This document shows, piece after piece, positions 51,601 to 64,000 of a stretch of DNA of 64,000 bases; the stretch's first letter is position 1; each line of letters opens with the position of its first letter. The notes under the pieces were generated by a model, which searched no databases, was not told the origin of the DNA, and worked only from the letters and a program-made list of their open reading frames with translations. The DNA comes from Chiloscyllium plagiosum. Taxonomy: Eukaryota. A program made the position numbers and the translations under genes. Location: the NCBI RefSeq assembly GCF_004010195.1, contig NC_057719.1:33379520-33443519 (forward strand), given 5' to 3'.

Positions 51601-54600
51601 CTGTGCATTGTCACTGTTAATTTATCCCCATTAGGAGTGAGAGCAAACATGTTCAAACTGAATCAATTAATCTAACCAACTGTTAAACCAGGGAGAAAAA
51701 GGCAAACAGAAGTCTTAGGGTTATAATATTGATCAATTTTCAACTTGAAACAATAAGGCACCAAACTGGCATGTTTAAAGTATACAAGAAAATGACTACT
51801 GTCTTACCCTAAATCACAGCACCTCAGCCAGCAAGAGATGGAAGGTTATCCCATGTTGAAATCACTCATTAAAGACAGAATACAATGCATAGTGCAGTGC
51901 AATGAAATTCAGAAGGAGGGTATCAAACAGTCAGAGAAGTGGTCACCTTAGCCAATACTTGTGCATTTCAACAAATTTACAGAGTGGGAGCAAAAGTAAC
52001 TGCTACTCTCTTTTTGGGACTTGAACTCATCAGTCCAGAAAATTTGGCATAATCTCAAAGGTTTCCCAGCCAACCTCAGGCTATGCAGAGCTTTAAATGT
52101 GTTCAGGAACTAATTTCACCATACTACAAATCCTCAGTTATAAGATCTGCTAATGTAAAATATCTCCAGCTTTGGGAGTGAGAGTATCCAAAATATAATA
52201 AGTTCAGAAGAGAATTGCTAATCAGATGAGAAAGCAAATGTCATTTAGGAAGGACATTCTCTAAACCTACTAAATTGGGATTTGCTCCTGGTGTGGATGA
52301 TAGGATCAAAACATTAAATAAGGTGCAGGTAGAGGAACCTTTTATGTTGATTCATTCCCTGATAAATTCATATTGATATTTTGTAGCTAACCTGCAACAG
52401 AGTAAGAATGAAGATTTTTTTTGTCATGCATGCCCATATTTTTGATTCTATCATAAAAAAGGAATTGATTCTGTAGCTGGCATTAAAACATCGCACAACA
52501 ATACTGACACCAAAGCTTGTTGCTGCCTCCTTCAAAATGCCCTGAAGTTTCAGCAATCTGACTCCAAAGATGAACCATCTTTATTCTTGGTCACAGTAGT
52601 GGTGAAAGAGTTTAGCTCCATGATGGGAGATTTTCAAAGATCACAAATTTTAACTAAGTTCAGTTTCACAGTTTGATCTGACATATTCCAAAATATAATT
52701 GAAAATTAGTTCCACTTTGGATTTGAAATTCTCTCCAACTTTCAAATAGCCAAGTTTGGCTTCTGTTGCTTTGGATACAGCTAAGAAAACTATAATTTTA
52801 GAAATTTTGAACATATTTGCAACATTTTTTAAAATGACTTGAGATGAAACATCCAGCTCAAAATTCTTTGAATCAAGTTATTTTGTGTTGGAGGTACAGG
52901 AAGAAATTGAACTGTGCTATTGGTTCCAAAGGCAATAGTGTGAATACATTTAGTTTACAGATTTACAGCTCACATTTATAAAAACTTAATTGTGTGAATT
53001 GCTTTTGTATCTCTTCTCTATAGAAATAGGGTCCAAAGGGAGTGCTGTAAAAGCTCCACCAAAAATTTAACAATTCCACTAATAGCTTTGAAGATATATT
53101 ATCAAATGTATTCAATCGACAACTAATGACCGTTATTGCCTCTATCCACATCCCGTGGAGCACCTTGCCATGAGAACAAAGAAATATTGACAACCTCACT
53201 ATTGTTTCATGTAGAGAATACTAATCCAATCAGCTGAGTACCCAGCAGAACAGCAGTTGGTCATGAGCAACTGTGCAGTCTTCACTCTCAATTACAGAAA
53301 CTGTGGCAAAGCAAAACATCATAACAAATGCAAAAGATGGGAAAATGCTGAGTCATTAAGATCTCACCTCACAGACATTTGGAGTTTACATCCTTCTGTG
53401 CTTGTTTTGAATTATTTGTAACTCGCATTAGAGATGATGGCTTCCAATCTAGTAGTTGTAATGACTAAGTTGGTCTGCCAGTTTTGGATGTGACCATGAA
53501 GTTCAGTGAGTGCTGAAGAGGGTTAGTGAGAAGTCACAGCTCTGTTCCACAACACTTCAGCTACATTTTATAAAAGGTGGTTAGACCACCTAGCCCTAAG
53601 CTGTCCGTATACTCCATGCCACTTCATACTACCTCACACCACTCCACCTCCATAGTAACTCATCCAGTATTGACCATGGGCAGATCCCAGGGACCAGGTG
53701 GTGAAAATAAATGAGATCTCTCTCACCTATACAATTAGTTTTAAACAAACATTCTCAAGTGGTCCATTTGTTATAACAACAAACTTCTAATCAGTAACCA
53801 CATCAAAGATAGAATTTGTTTTTAGTCACCTCTTTAAATTGTGAATCCAAATATGAACTCAACCTCCCAGCAGACGTCAGCGGTTTTGGAAAATCCAGCT
53901 ATTTAAAATGGGCTCATAGTAATAATAGTATACTGAAAAACATCAACAAATGAGACTATAGTAACTGCAGGAGAAGACAGTAAGGACTTTTTCCCATGTT
54001 AAACCAGATAGTGTTTCAATCAATGCACTGCAACAGCATTTTTTTAAAACCCTGACAGCTGCAGTTTTTTTTTTTAAAAGTGCTGGAGATCTAATTGACT
54101 TAAGATCATGGCTCTTTCTGTCCATCAAGAACATTTACATCTCTTTCATCAATTCATGACTCTCACTCTGTAGGTTCAAGACCTAGAAACAGCCAAAAGA
54201 GTTTGTTTGAACTCAGTACTAAATTTCAGGTGGCTTAACTAGTCTCAGGTTTCCCATCTATGTGATTCCTGGCCTGCTCCCTTTCTCCAGCACCAACACT
54301 GGGAGCTGCTGGAAACTGGTGCAGGACTTGTTCATCCAAACCCTGCCTATATTTTAAAGTTACTCCAACTATACAAACTCCAGCTGGTACTCTATCCTAC
54401 GCTATAGTCTGTGTCAAACACAGAAGGGACGTTCAAGATTTGGTTCTCAAGAGTTAGGGAAGGGAAGATTAGCCAAGATTTCTATTCCAGATCACAATCC
54501 AGCATTAACTGAAATGAAAGGTTGATAATTAAGATGGTAGAGAATATCAATAGGAGGAAGAGAGTAGAGAAATTCAAGACAGAAAATAAATAACTCAATG

Positions 54601-55411
54601 AGTAATCTCAGACTTTCAATGTGAGTGGATGAACAGAAGATCAAACAATAACACATTCCAAAAATATGGCCTTCAATGTTGCAATGTAATCCTTCAAATT
54701 TTCAAAATTAGTCCCTTTCAAAATGCATAAAATATAACTGACATTCGTCTCTAGTTGTTTTCTGGGTTTTCACACTTGTAAACTGCCACTCTGAAAATTT
54801 ACAATTAAATCACAACAATGAAATTGCCCATTATCATTCATTATTTACAAAATAATTCTGTTAAAGTCTACAAAAGCATCAAAACATTTTTGCTAATTTA
54901 GACTAGTTAACTTTAATCAGATTTGCTACGGTACTTAGAGCTTTGTGACAATCATAGCTATCCACAGGCCAAAAGCATTTTCCAATGAAGTAAAATTAGC
55001 TTCTCTGTCTTCAATTCCATATTCAAAAATTGCTTTCAATCCAATATTTTAATTTAAAATGCAGACAGATAAACAAGGCTGTTAACTGGATGACAAGCAT
55101 GAGAAACCCATAACAGGGATGTTGGTCTCACTGTTTGGGATGAGACAAGGAGTTTAAAATAGCAATATCTAGCAACCCAATGTCAATTCTGGTTCCTGTA
55201 ATACATACAATAGAGATTCAGGTGCTGGGTGAAGCATGCACTAAACGTGGTTAGGAGAAAAGGCACTGTTAAGGAGGATTTTAAGAGAAGTTGTCTTAGT
55301 CACTGCAACCGAGAAGGGAGCACAGAAGAGCTGGTGTCAACGCATGGTGCAAGGGCATCCAACAGTGTGCGCTGTTGAGAAGGATTCTGGGAGGAATTGT
55401 TTTAGTCACTG

Positions 55412-57336
55412 ATTGGCCAGGACCTGCTGGAGGTGTATGTTAGTACGCTTCGGGCAGGTACCATGAGTGAATCCATGAGGAAAGGCATCATCACCCTCAT
55501 CTACAAGTGGAAGGGGGAGAGGGAGGAACTCAAAAATTGGAGACCAATCTCACTGTTGAATGCGGATTACAAAATTCTGTCAAAGGTAATCGCCAACTGG
55601 GTCAGGTCTGCTCTGGGGTCGGTGATTCACACTGACCAAACCTGTGCTATGCCGGGCAGGAAGATCGCTGAGAGTCTCGCGCTCCTCAGGGATACGATCG
55701 CCTACGTGCAGGACAGAGGGTTGGACACCTGCCTGATCAGCCTGGACCAGGAGAAAGCCTTTGACAGGATATCACACAGGTATAGGAAAGATGTTCTCTC
55801 CAAAATGGCTTTGGAGAGGGAATCTGCAATTGGATCAGACTGCTCTACACCAACATTGTCAGTGCAGTCTCAATCAATGGGTGGGAATCAGATAGCTTCC
55901 CAGTCAGATCTGGAGTCAGGCAGGGCTGCCCTCTCTCTCCTGCCTTGTTTGTGTGCTGCATAGAGCCATTTGCCGAGTCCATCAGGAAAGATGCGAGCCT
56001 GAGAGGGGTGACTATTCCTGGCAGCGGGGGCCTGCAGGTTAAGGCCTCCCTGTACATGGATGATGTCACCATTTTCTGCTCGGATGCACTGTCCGTGTGC
56101 AGACTCATGTGCATATGTGACCAGTTCGAATTGGCCTCGGGGGCCAAGGTAAACCGAGGCAAGAGTGAGGCCATGCTCTTCAGGAACTGGGCCGACCTCA
56201 CCGTCAGGACCGACCACCTGAAGGTGCTGGGTATTTGGTTCGGGGGGGCTGGGGCGTGCGCAAAGTCTTGGGAGGAGCGTATCAGCAAAGTGAGGCAGAA
56301 ACTGGGCAGATGGAAGCTACGGTCGCTCTCCATCACGGGAAAAAACCTGGTCATCAGGTGTGAGGCACTGTCATTGCTGTTATACGTGGCACAGGTCTGG
56401 CCTATTCCCAGAACCTGTGCCGCTGCAGTCAACCGGGCCATCTTCCAGTTTATNNNNNNNNNNNNNNNNNNNNNNNNNNNNNNNNNNNNNNNNNNNNNNN
56501 NNNNNNNNNNNNNNNNNNNNNNNNNNNNNNNNNNNNNNNNNNNNNNNNNNNNNNNNNNNNNNNNNNNNNNNNNNNNNNNNNNNNNNNNNNNNNNNNNNNN
56601 NNNNNNNNNNNNNNNNNNNNNNNNNNNNNNNNNNNNNNNNNNNNNNNNNNNNNNNNNNNNNNNNNNNNNNNNNNNNNNNNNNNNNNNNNNNNNNNNNNNN
56701 NNNNNNNNNNNNNNNNNNNNNNNNNNNNNNNNNNNNNNNNNNNNNNNNNNNNNNNNNNNNNNNNNNNNNNNNNNNNNNNNNNNNNNNNNNNNNNNNNNNN
56801 NNNNNNNNNNNNNNNNNNNNNNNNNNNNNNNNNNNNNNNNNNNNNNNNNNNTTTGTCCCGAGCAGCGCCGTGACGTGGGACTCCGTGCTCTACGGCCTGT
56901 TCCCCGGGACACACACCGAGACGAACATCAACTGTGCCTGGAGGATCATCAACTCGGTGAAGGACGCTCTCTGGGCGATCTGAAACCTGTTGATCTTCCA
57001 GCTGAAGGAGTTGACCCTGACTGAGTGTTGCAGACTGGCACATTCCAAGGTCCAGGACTACGCGTTGAGGGACGCGCTGACGCTTGGGGCAGCTGCCGCC
57101 AAGGCGCAGTGGGGAAAGACCACCGTGTAATATCTGCCTGCCTAAAGAAGAACAGGGGCAGTCATTTGGGCTCTGCTGACGCCTCAGCTAAAAATGTAAT
57201 CGTACCGACCTGTAAATAGGAATTACTCTGTTTCGGTATGCAAACAAATGGAATGTTTACATATGTATGGCATGTCCAACTGTACAGACCATTAAAGTAT
57301 TTTATGAATAAAGTTTATTTTTGAAATAAAAAAAAA
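55412..57336 (+). mobile_element. 5'-truncated Tx1/L1-clade LINE (RT), spanning an assembly gap
   Basis: SMRKGIITLIYK..NWRPISLLNADYKILSK, LDQEKAFDRISH and LYMDD; AATAAA and poly-A; 13-bp TSD GTTTTAGTCACTG at 55399-55411 and 57337-57349. Confidence 0.92.
56454..56851. other. Assembly gap (N run)
   Basis: Run of N. Confidence 1.
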
Positions 57337-58792
57337 GTTTTAGTCACTGCCCAAAAGCAAATAAAAGGAAGTCAAGCTACAGTGGAGGGGCCATTTTGAG
57401 AAGGGCTGCTTAATGGTGGAAGTGCTGCTGGAGGTTTACACGCATTCTGGGCTTCTGTGAGAAGGGCGAGCAGCAGTAAGGTAAGGCATTCTGAGGAGGA
57501 GCAAACTACTGCAGCTACTGAAGGCATGAAAGTAAAGGTGAATGAAAAGGAATTTAATGGTGCAGTCACAGGCAGCATATAAGTGAATGGCTGGATAATG
57601 TTTCCCTCTTTCTTATTTTCTCTTTGCTTTGCTATTGATGTTAACTTAAGGGTTAAGTCAGGGCAGGAGATCCCAGGCCTGTGTCATGCTCCTTCTATGC
57701 AATGTGGGAATTCAGGGACCATTCCAATGTTCCGAATCCTTCACGTGTAGATAGTGTGACCAACTGCAGCTCCTGTCTGACCGCCTAACAGCTCGAGAGC
57801 TGTGGTTTGATTCACTTTGGAGCATCTGCAAGGTTGAGGGAATCATGGCTAGCACCATCACTAAGTTGGTCACACCACAGATTACTGAGGAATGGGTGAC
57901 CAACAAACAGGCGAAGGGTCGGAAAGCAATACAAGGGTGCCCTCCTGCATCTCCCTCCAAAACAGATATACGGTTTTGGATACTGTTAGGAGAGAAGGCT
58001 CACCAGTGGAAGATGGCAGCAGCCTGGTTCATTGCACCTGGTTGATTGGCTCTGCTGCACAGTAAGGCAAGAAAAAGAGCGGCAGTATTATAGTGATATG
58101 AGATTCAATTGTAAGGGGAATAGATAAATATTTCTGTGGTTGCAACGGAGAGTCCAGGATGGTATGTTATCTCCCTGGTACACGCGTTAAGGATTTCTCA
58201 AAGTGGCTGCATGACATTCTGGAGGGGGAGGGTGAACAACCAGCTGTCATGGTGCAGGTAGGCTCCTACGATGTAGATAGAAAAAAGGGGTGAGGTCCTA
58301 CAATTTAAATAATGGAGTTATGCTACCAGTGCCATGTGCTAGTCAGAGTAGGAATGGCAGGATAGCTAAAATGAATACATGGCTTGAAGGATGGTGCAAG
58401 GGAAGGGATTTGCATTCCTGGGACAGTGGGACCAGTACAAACTGGACAGCTGCACCTGGGCAGGACTGGAATCAATGTCCTTGGGGAGTGTTTACTGGTG
58501 CTGCTGGGGATGGTTTAAACTAATACATGTATAGCAAGAGGATGGGAATCAATGCAGGAAGTCAGAGGGAAGTAAAGTAGGAACAGAAATAAAAAAACAG
58601 CAAGGGGAAAAGTGATAGTGGAAGGCAGAGAAATCAAAAAGAATTCAAAAAGGGCCACATTACATCATAATTCCAAAAGGCAATACATGTCAAGAAAAAT
58701 GAGCCTAAAGGCTATGTGCTTCAAGGCAAGGAGCATTTGTAATAAGGTGGATGAATTAACTACTGTAAACAATTATTATTCAATATGATGTG

Positions 58793-58965
58793 CAGAGGAA
58801 CCTCGATTATCCGAAGAACACAGACAGGGAGTATTTCGTTCAGTTAATTAAATTCCGGATAGTCGAATGCCAGATAGCATCGTTTAGCCGAACATTGGGA
58901 CCTTGTGATCTTGCCACTAATCCAATATTCTGAAAATCGAATGCTGGATAATCGAGGTTCCTCTG
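58793..58965. mobile_element. MITE, Tc1/mariner (pogo/Tigger-type), nested in CR1
   Basis: Perfect 20-bp terminal inverted repeats CAGAGGAACCTCGATTATCC / GGATAATCGAGGTTCCTCTG; flanked by TG on the left and TA on the right (probable decayed TA duplication). Confidence 0.85.
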
Positions 58966-59037
58966 TAATTGGGACAATGGAGACCTGGCTCCAGGGTGGC
59001 CAAGGATGGGAATCAATGTCCAGTGTTATTCAGTTTT

Positions 59038-59082
59038 ATGGATAGATGGATAGATGGATAAATGGATAGATGGATAGATAGA
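59038..59082. repeat. (TGGATAGA)n microsatellite
   Basis: Visible directly. Confidence 0.9.
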
Positions 59083-59959
59083 AAGGAAAGTGGAGAAGCA
59101 TTGCTGGTTAAGGAGGAAATTAACACAATAGTAAGGAAGGACATTAGCCTGGACGTTGTGGAAACAATATGGGTGGAGGTGCGGAACACAAAATGGAAAA
59201 AGACATCAGTGGGACTTGTGTACAGACCACCAAGCAGTAATTGTGATGTTAGGATTGTTTCAACAGGAAATTAGAGATCTATGCAGTAAGACTACAGCAG
59301 TTATTGTGGGTGACTTCAATCTACATATTGATTATACTAACCAAACTGGTAGCAATGCAATGGAGGAGGACTTTCTGGAATAGATGAGGGATGGTTTCCT
59401 CAACCAATACATCAGGGAACCAACTACTGAGCAAGCCATCCTAAGCTGGGTATTGTGTAATGAGAGAGAATTAATCAGCAACATGGTGGTAGAATTCTTC
59501 ATTCAGATGGAGAGTAATATAATTAAATCTGAAACTAGGGGCCTGAACTTAAAGAAATCTAACTTTGATGGTATGAGGCACGTATTGGCTAGGATAAACT
59601 GGCCAAGGATACTTAAGGGGTTGACGATGGATAGGCAATGGCAGACATTTAAAGAACACATGGATGAATTTCAACAATTGTATATCCCTGTCAGGCTTAA
59701 GAGTAAAACAGGGAAGGTGGCTTAACTATGGTTAACAAAGGAAATCAGGGATAGAGATAAAGCCGAATTGGCCAGAAAGTGCAGCAAATCTGAGGACCAG
59801 GAGAACAAAGCAGAGGAAGACAAAGGGTTTAATTTGGAAGGGATAAATGAAATATGAAGGTAAGGTTATGGAAAACATAAAAGCTGACTGCAAAAGCTTC
59901 TATACATATGTCAAGAGATAAAGACTAGTGAAAACAAATGTAGGTCCCGTGCAGTTTGA

Positions 59960-60087
59960 GGAGAAAGTGAGGTCTGCAGACGCTGGAGATCAAAGTTGAA
60001 ACTTTATTGCTGGAACAGCACAGCAGGTCAGGCAGCATCTAGGGAACAGGAGATTCGACGTTTCGGGCACATGCCCTTCTTCAGGAA
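59960..60087 (-). mobile_element. Solo Penelope-terminus mini-element with tail and intact hammerhead motif (60053-60088), inserted in CR1
   Basis: 15-bp TSD TCCCGTGCAGTTTGA at 59945-59959 and 60088-60102; the minus strand reads ATTC CTGAAGA A GGGC ATGT GCCC GAAA CGTC GAAT. Confidence 0.9.
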
Positions 60088-63000
60088 TCCCGTGCAGTTT
60101 GAATCAGGTGAGTTCATAATGGACAACAAAGAGATGGCAGACCAGTTAAACAAATACTTTAGAGCTGATTTCACTGAGGAAGACATAAAAAACCCTCAGG
60201 AAATGCTCAGGGGACATCAGGTCAAGCATGAAGGAAGAACTGAAGGGAATCCTTATTAATAAGGAAATGGTATTGGGGAGATTGATGGGATTAAAACCTG
60301 GTAAGTCCTCAGAGCCTGTTGCTCTGAAAGAAGTGGCCCTAGAAATAGCAGACATATCGGTGATCATTTTCTAGCATGCTGTAGACTCTGGAAGAGTTCC
60401 AATGGCTAGGAGGGTAGCTCGTGTAACCCCATGCCTTAAGAAAGGTGGGAGAGGGAAAATGGGGAATTATTGGCTGGTTAGCCTGACATCGGCAATGGGG
60501 AAAAATCAAGGATGCAATAGCTGAGCATTTGCAAAGCAATGACAGAATCGATCCGAGTCAGCATGGATTCACGAAAGAGAGATCATGCTTGACAAATCTT
60601 CTGGAATTTTTTGAAGATGTGACCAGTACAGCAGACAATGTTGAATCAGTAGATATTGTATATCTGGACTTTCAAAAGGCTTTTGACAAAATTCCACACA
60701 AAAGATTAGTAAGGACAATTAAAGCTCATGGAATTGGAGGTAAAGCATTGACATGGATAGAGAACTGGTTGGCAGACCGGAAGCAGAGAGTTGGAATAAA
60801 CGGGTCCTTTTCAGAGTGGCAGGCAGTGGTGAGAGGGGTGTCGCGGGGTTCAGTGCTGGGAGCCAAACTGTTTACAATGTACTTTAACGATTTGGATGAA
60901 GGAATTGAATGCTATATCACCAAATTTACAGATAACACTAAGCTGGGTATGTGTGCCGTGAGGAAGATGCTAAAAGGATGACTTGGACAGACTGGCTGAG
61001 TGGGCAAATACTTGGCAAATGCAATATAATGTGGATAAGTGTGAAGTTATTCACTTAGGTCATAAAAACAGGAAGGCAGATTATTATCTGAATGGTGACA
61101 GTCGAGGAAAAGGTGAGGTGCAATGAGACCTGGGTGTCATGGTGGAACAGTCACTGAAGGATGGCATGCAGGTGCAGCAGGCAGTGAGGAAAGTTAATGT
61201 CATGCTGGCTTTCATAGTGAGAGAATGTGAGTATCAGAGTAAGGATATCTTACTGCAGTTATACAGGACTTTGGTGAAGCCACAACTTTAGAATTGAGTG
61301 TAGTTTTGGTCTCCTAGTCTGAGGAAGGACATTCTTACTGTTAAGGGAGTTCAGTGAAAGTTCACCAGACTGATTCCTGGCACTGACACATAAGGAAAGA
61401 CTGAATCAACTGAACTTGTACTTGCTGGAATTTAGAAAAACGAGGGGGGAAATCGCATAGAAACATATAAAATCCGAATCGGACTGGATAGGCTGGATGC
61501 AGGAATAATTTTTTCTGATGTTGGGGAAGTCCAGAATTAAGGGTCACAGTCTAAGAATAAGGGGTAAGCCATTCAGGACTGCGATGAGGAAGAATTTCTT
61601 CACTCAAAGAGTTGTGAACCTGTTTAAATTCTTTCCCACAGGATGCTGTTGGGGCCAGTTCATTAGATATATTCAAGAGGGAGCTGAATGTGGCCTTTGT
61701 GGCTAAAGGAATCAAGAGATATGGGGAGAAAATGGGAGTGGGATGCTGAGATTGCATGATCAACCATGACCATACTGGATTGTGGTGCAGAATCCATGGG
61801 CCTATGTCTGCATCTCTTTTCTATGTTTTTATGTTAATATGCAAATGTTAAGGCCAATTCCTCCTCACCACAGGAGTGCACCATTTTGTTAGCTGTCTGA
61901 TAACACAAAACAAGGCTGAGGGAGGCAATGGGCTAGAAAAAGGACCAAGGTAAATGGAGAATCATCTGTTTTTAAACACCCTCTGACTAGGAGCTGCAAA
62001 ACCAAATCCTCCCCAAGACAACTAACCCCCACTGCCCCACAAGGTAACTTCCAAACTTTAAATCATCAATTACATCTATTTATTCCTTCACACCAACTCC
62101 AATTGATTCCAACCTCAGTCCTCCCCTCCCCCAATCTTGATTTCTTCTACATCCCTGAGCCCCAAATTTGCCTTTAACTTCTCATGCCTCTACCCTCCCA
62201 ATCATGGCCATGATTGCTCATGTCACCCCTGCTATGGATTACTGGGAATTATTCCCACAAGTTCCTGGCTACAATCCCCTGGTACTAATACTGCTCCCCC
62301 CCCCCACCCCACCCCATCACAAAGACACTCCATTATCACAGTGTCATGCAGGAGTCTGTACTGGTTTATCCAAATAAACTCTGGCTCCTGCAGGGCTTTT
62401 TTTGCCCACTAATGGGATTAACCCAATACTTCCACCTGAGGGCCACAATTCTGAGCCATCGCACAACATTTTTTCAATTGCTGGTCTTCAATGTTTCTGT
62501 TACCATGCAGAAAAATTCATTTTTCTTTCAGTACAAATTGACTCTTTTTCTATTTTCATATTGATGAAATATTTAAATATTTAAACTTGCCTGTCTCATT
62601 ATTTCAATGCCCACAAAGGAACTATACACCACATCATTCTGCGTGATTTTATCATTAGAACTCATTATCCTGTTGTAATCCAATATCTCCAGACTCTCAA
62701 AAGTGTGGCTGACCACTCCTCCTTCAGTCTTCCCATTTCCAGCTTCTCAAGACCCAAGAATGGAAGTACCCAGATGCTCTACCCAGCTTTATTATTTTAC
62801 GAGCATTTTTTTTTCAATCTTGGTGATTTACTATGCGATGGATCCTATTTTTATATGTGGTATTTCAGTATAAAAATAAACAAACAAACAAACTTGACAC
62901 TTTGGTCAAAATATAAATATTTTGAGCTAAATCAATACCTTATACTCATAAAGAGAAACTGCTGTTGCAACAACATTCCAATTCACCACAGGTCTAGTAT

Positions 63001-64000
63001 AGATTGACATTTGAAGAATTTCATCAATCTTAACAAATTAATTGAGTCCAAATTTTACCCAGCCACAACTCTCATCCTTACAGCTCAAAACTCCAGCTCC
63101 ACACTCGAGAGGTTGTTCCGCATATTGTTTTAGGGCTAGCATGATTGAGCAAATCTGGTTACTTAACACTTTTGGTCTACTCCACAAAACAATTAAAAAT
63201 ATGTCACTAGGATCTATAATTGTAAATCAAAACAATTATTTCCAAGAGTTTTTCATTCAACTGCAAGGTTTTTATTCTAAAAACACAAGTTCAACCATTA
63301 ACCATAACACTTTTGCCTTTGAGTCACAATGTTTGGATTTCAATCCCACTGCAGGGACTTGGGGAATGGAGGCTTGAGCCCTGGGAATTGTCAGTTGTAG
63401 AGAAGACTCAGAATGAGCCTTGGGAGTCTTTGGTAGTTAAATGCAGCTGAAGATGGGGGTGAAAGAAACCCATAGGCAGGTTTTGTTTGGTATAGGTGAG
63501 AAACATTAGAGCCTGAAGAAACCCAGGGGCAATGTCACCATTGGCTTGGTAAAGCCAACTGTTTGTGAAAGAGATGGAATTGTGTCTGAGATTAGACAGT
63601 GGAGCGTGGTCTTGGGAATCCAGAGAAATGCAAACTCGGGAGAAGAGATTGTACACCAAAATGTGAGCAGCTGTTGATGCAGTCTATGATAGTGCGACCT
63701 TTGAGAGAGTTCCAAAGTTTGAGTTTTGAAAGTGAAGAAATGTAATGTCTTGTAAAGAAAATAAAGATTTAATGATATTTAGTGAGACAGTGTCACTACA
63801 ATCTGGGTGTCGAGAGTGCTGAGAAATCTGTGGGGGCTGTTTTGAACACATTTACTACTTAATGTGCTTTGCTAAGTGCTCAGTTGTCTGTTACCCGTAT
63901 TTATCTCATTTTAAATCTCAGCTTTCTTTATTGGTTGATAAGTTGTGTAGACATTGTAGATTGTTTTAGCATTCTAACTGCATAAAGTTTAGTTTATTGG

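Larger units (their letters stand above)
57650..61835 (+). mobile_element. Near full-length decayed CR1 LINE (ORF1 Cys-rich/esterase-like remnant + ORF2 APE/RT)
   Basis: ORF1-like DSIVRGIDKYFCG..RMVCYLPG (~58100-58185); ORF2 YRPPSS, VGDFNL, SQHGFTKERSCLTNLLEFFE, YLDFQKAFDKIPH and NFFTQRVVNL; TTCTATGTT tail. Confidence 0.9.

Noticed and set aside
55845..57043. Long ORFs of 197-359 aa
   Set aside because: Inflated by the N gap; the real part is a frameshifted Tx1 RT.

Overview
Vertebrate genomic DNA, most likely from a shark (inferred from HE1/V-SINE-type and Deu-domain SINEs plus abundant CR1 LINEs). The only host gene I can support is MDGA2 on the minus strand: two coding exons (33351-33490 and 21940-22114) that splice in frame to give the first Ig domain. 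The rest appears intronic and is filled with decayed, nested transposons: CR1, Penelope-like, Tx1, SINEs, a pogo/Tigger-type MITE and a probable solo LTR. The most interesting signal is about a dozen short Penelope-terminus-derived inserts carrying minimal hammerhead-ribozyme motifs (CTGANGA-stem II-GAAACGTC). Many have their own target-site duplications (TSDs), several are head-to-head palindromes, and two intact copies lie in the sense of the MDGA2 pre-mRNA. Also present: a ~565-bp near-perfect inverted duplication next to an exon, a ~435-bp direct duplication and a 29-bp minisatellite. Most ORFs in the supplied track are transposon debris or chance ORFs.
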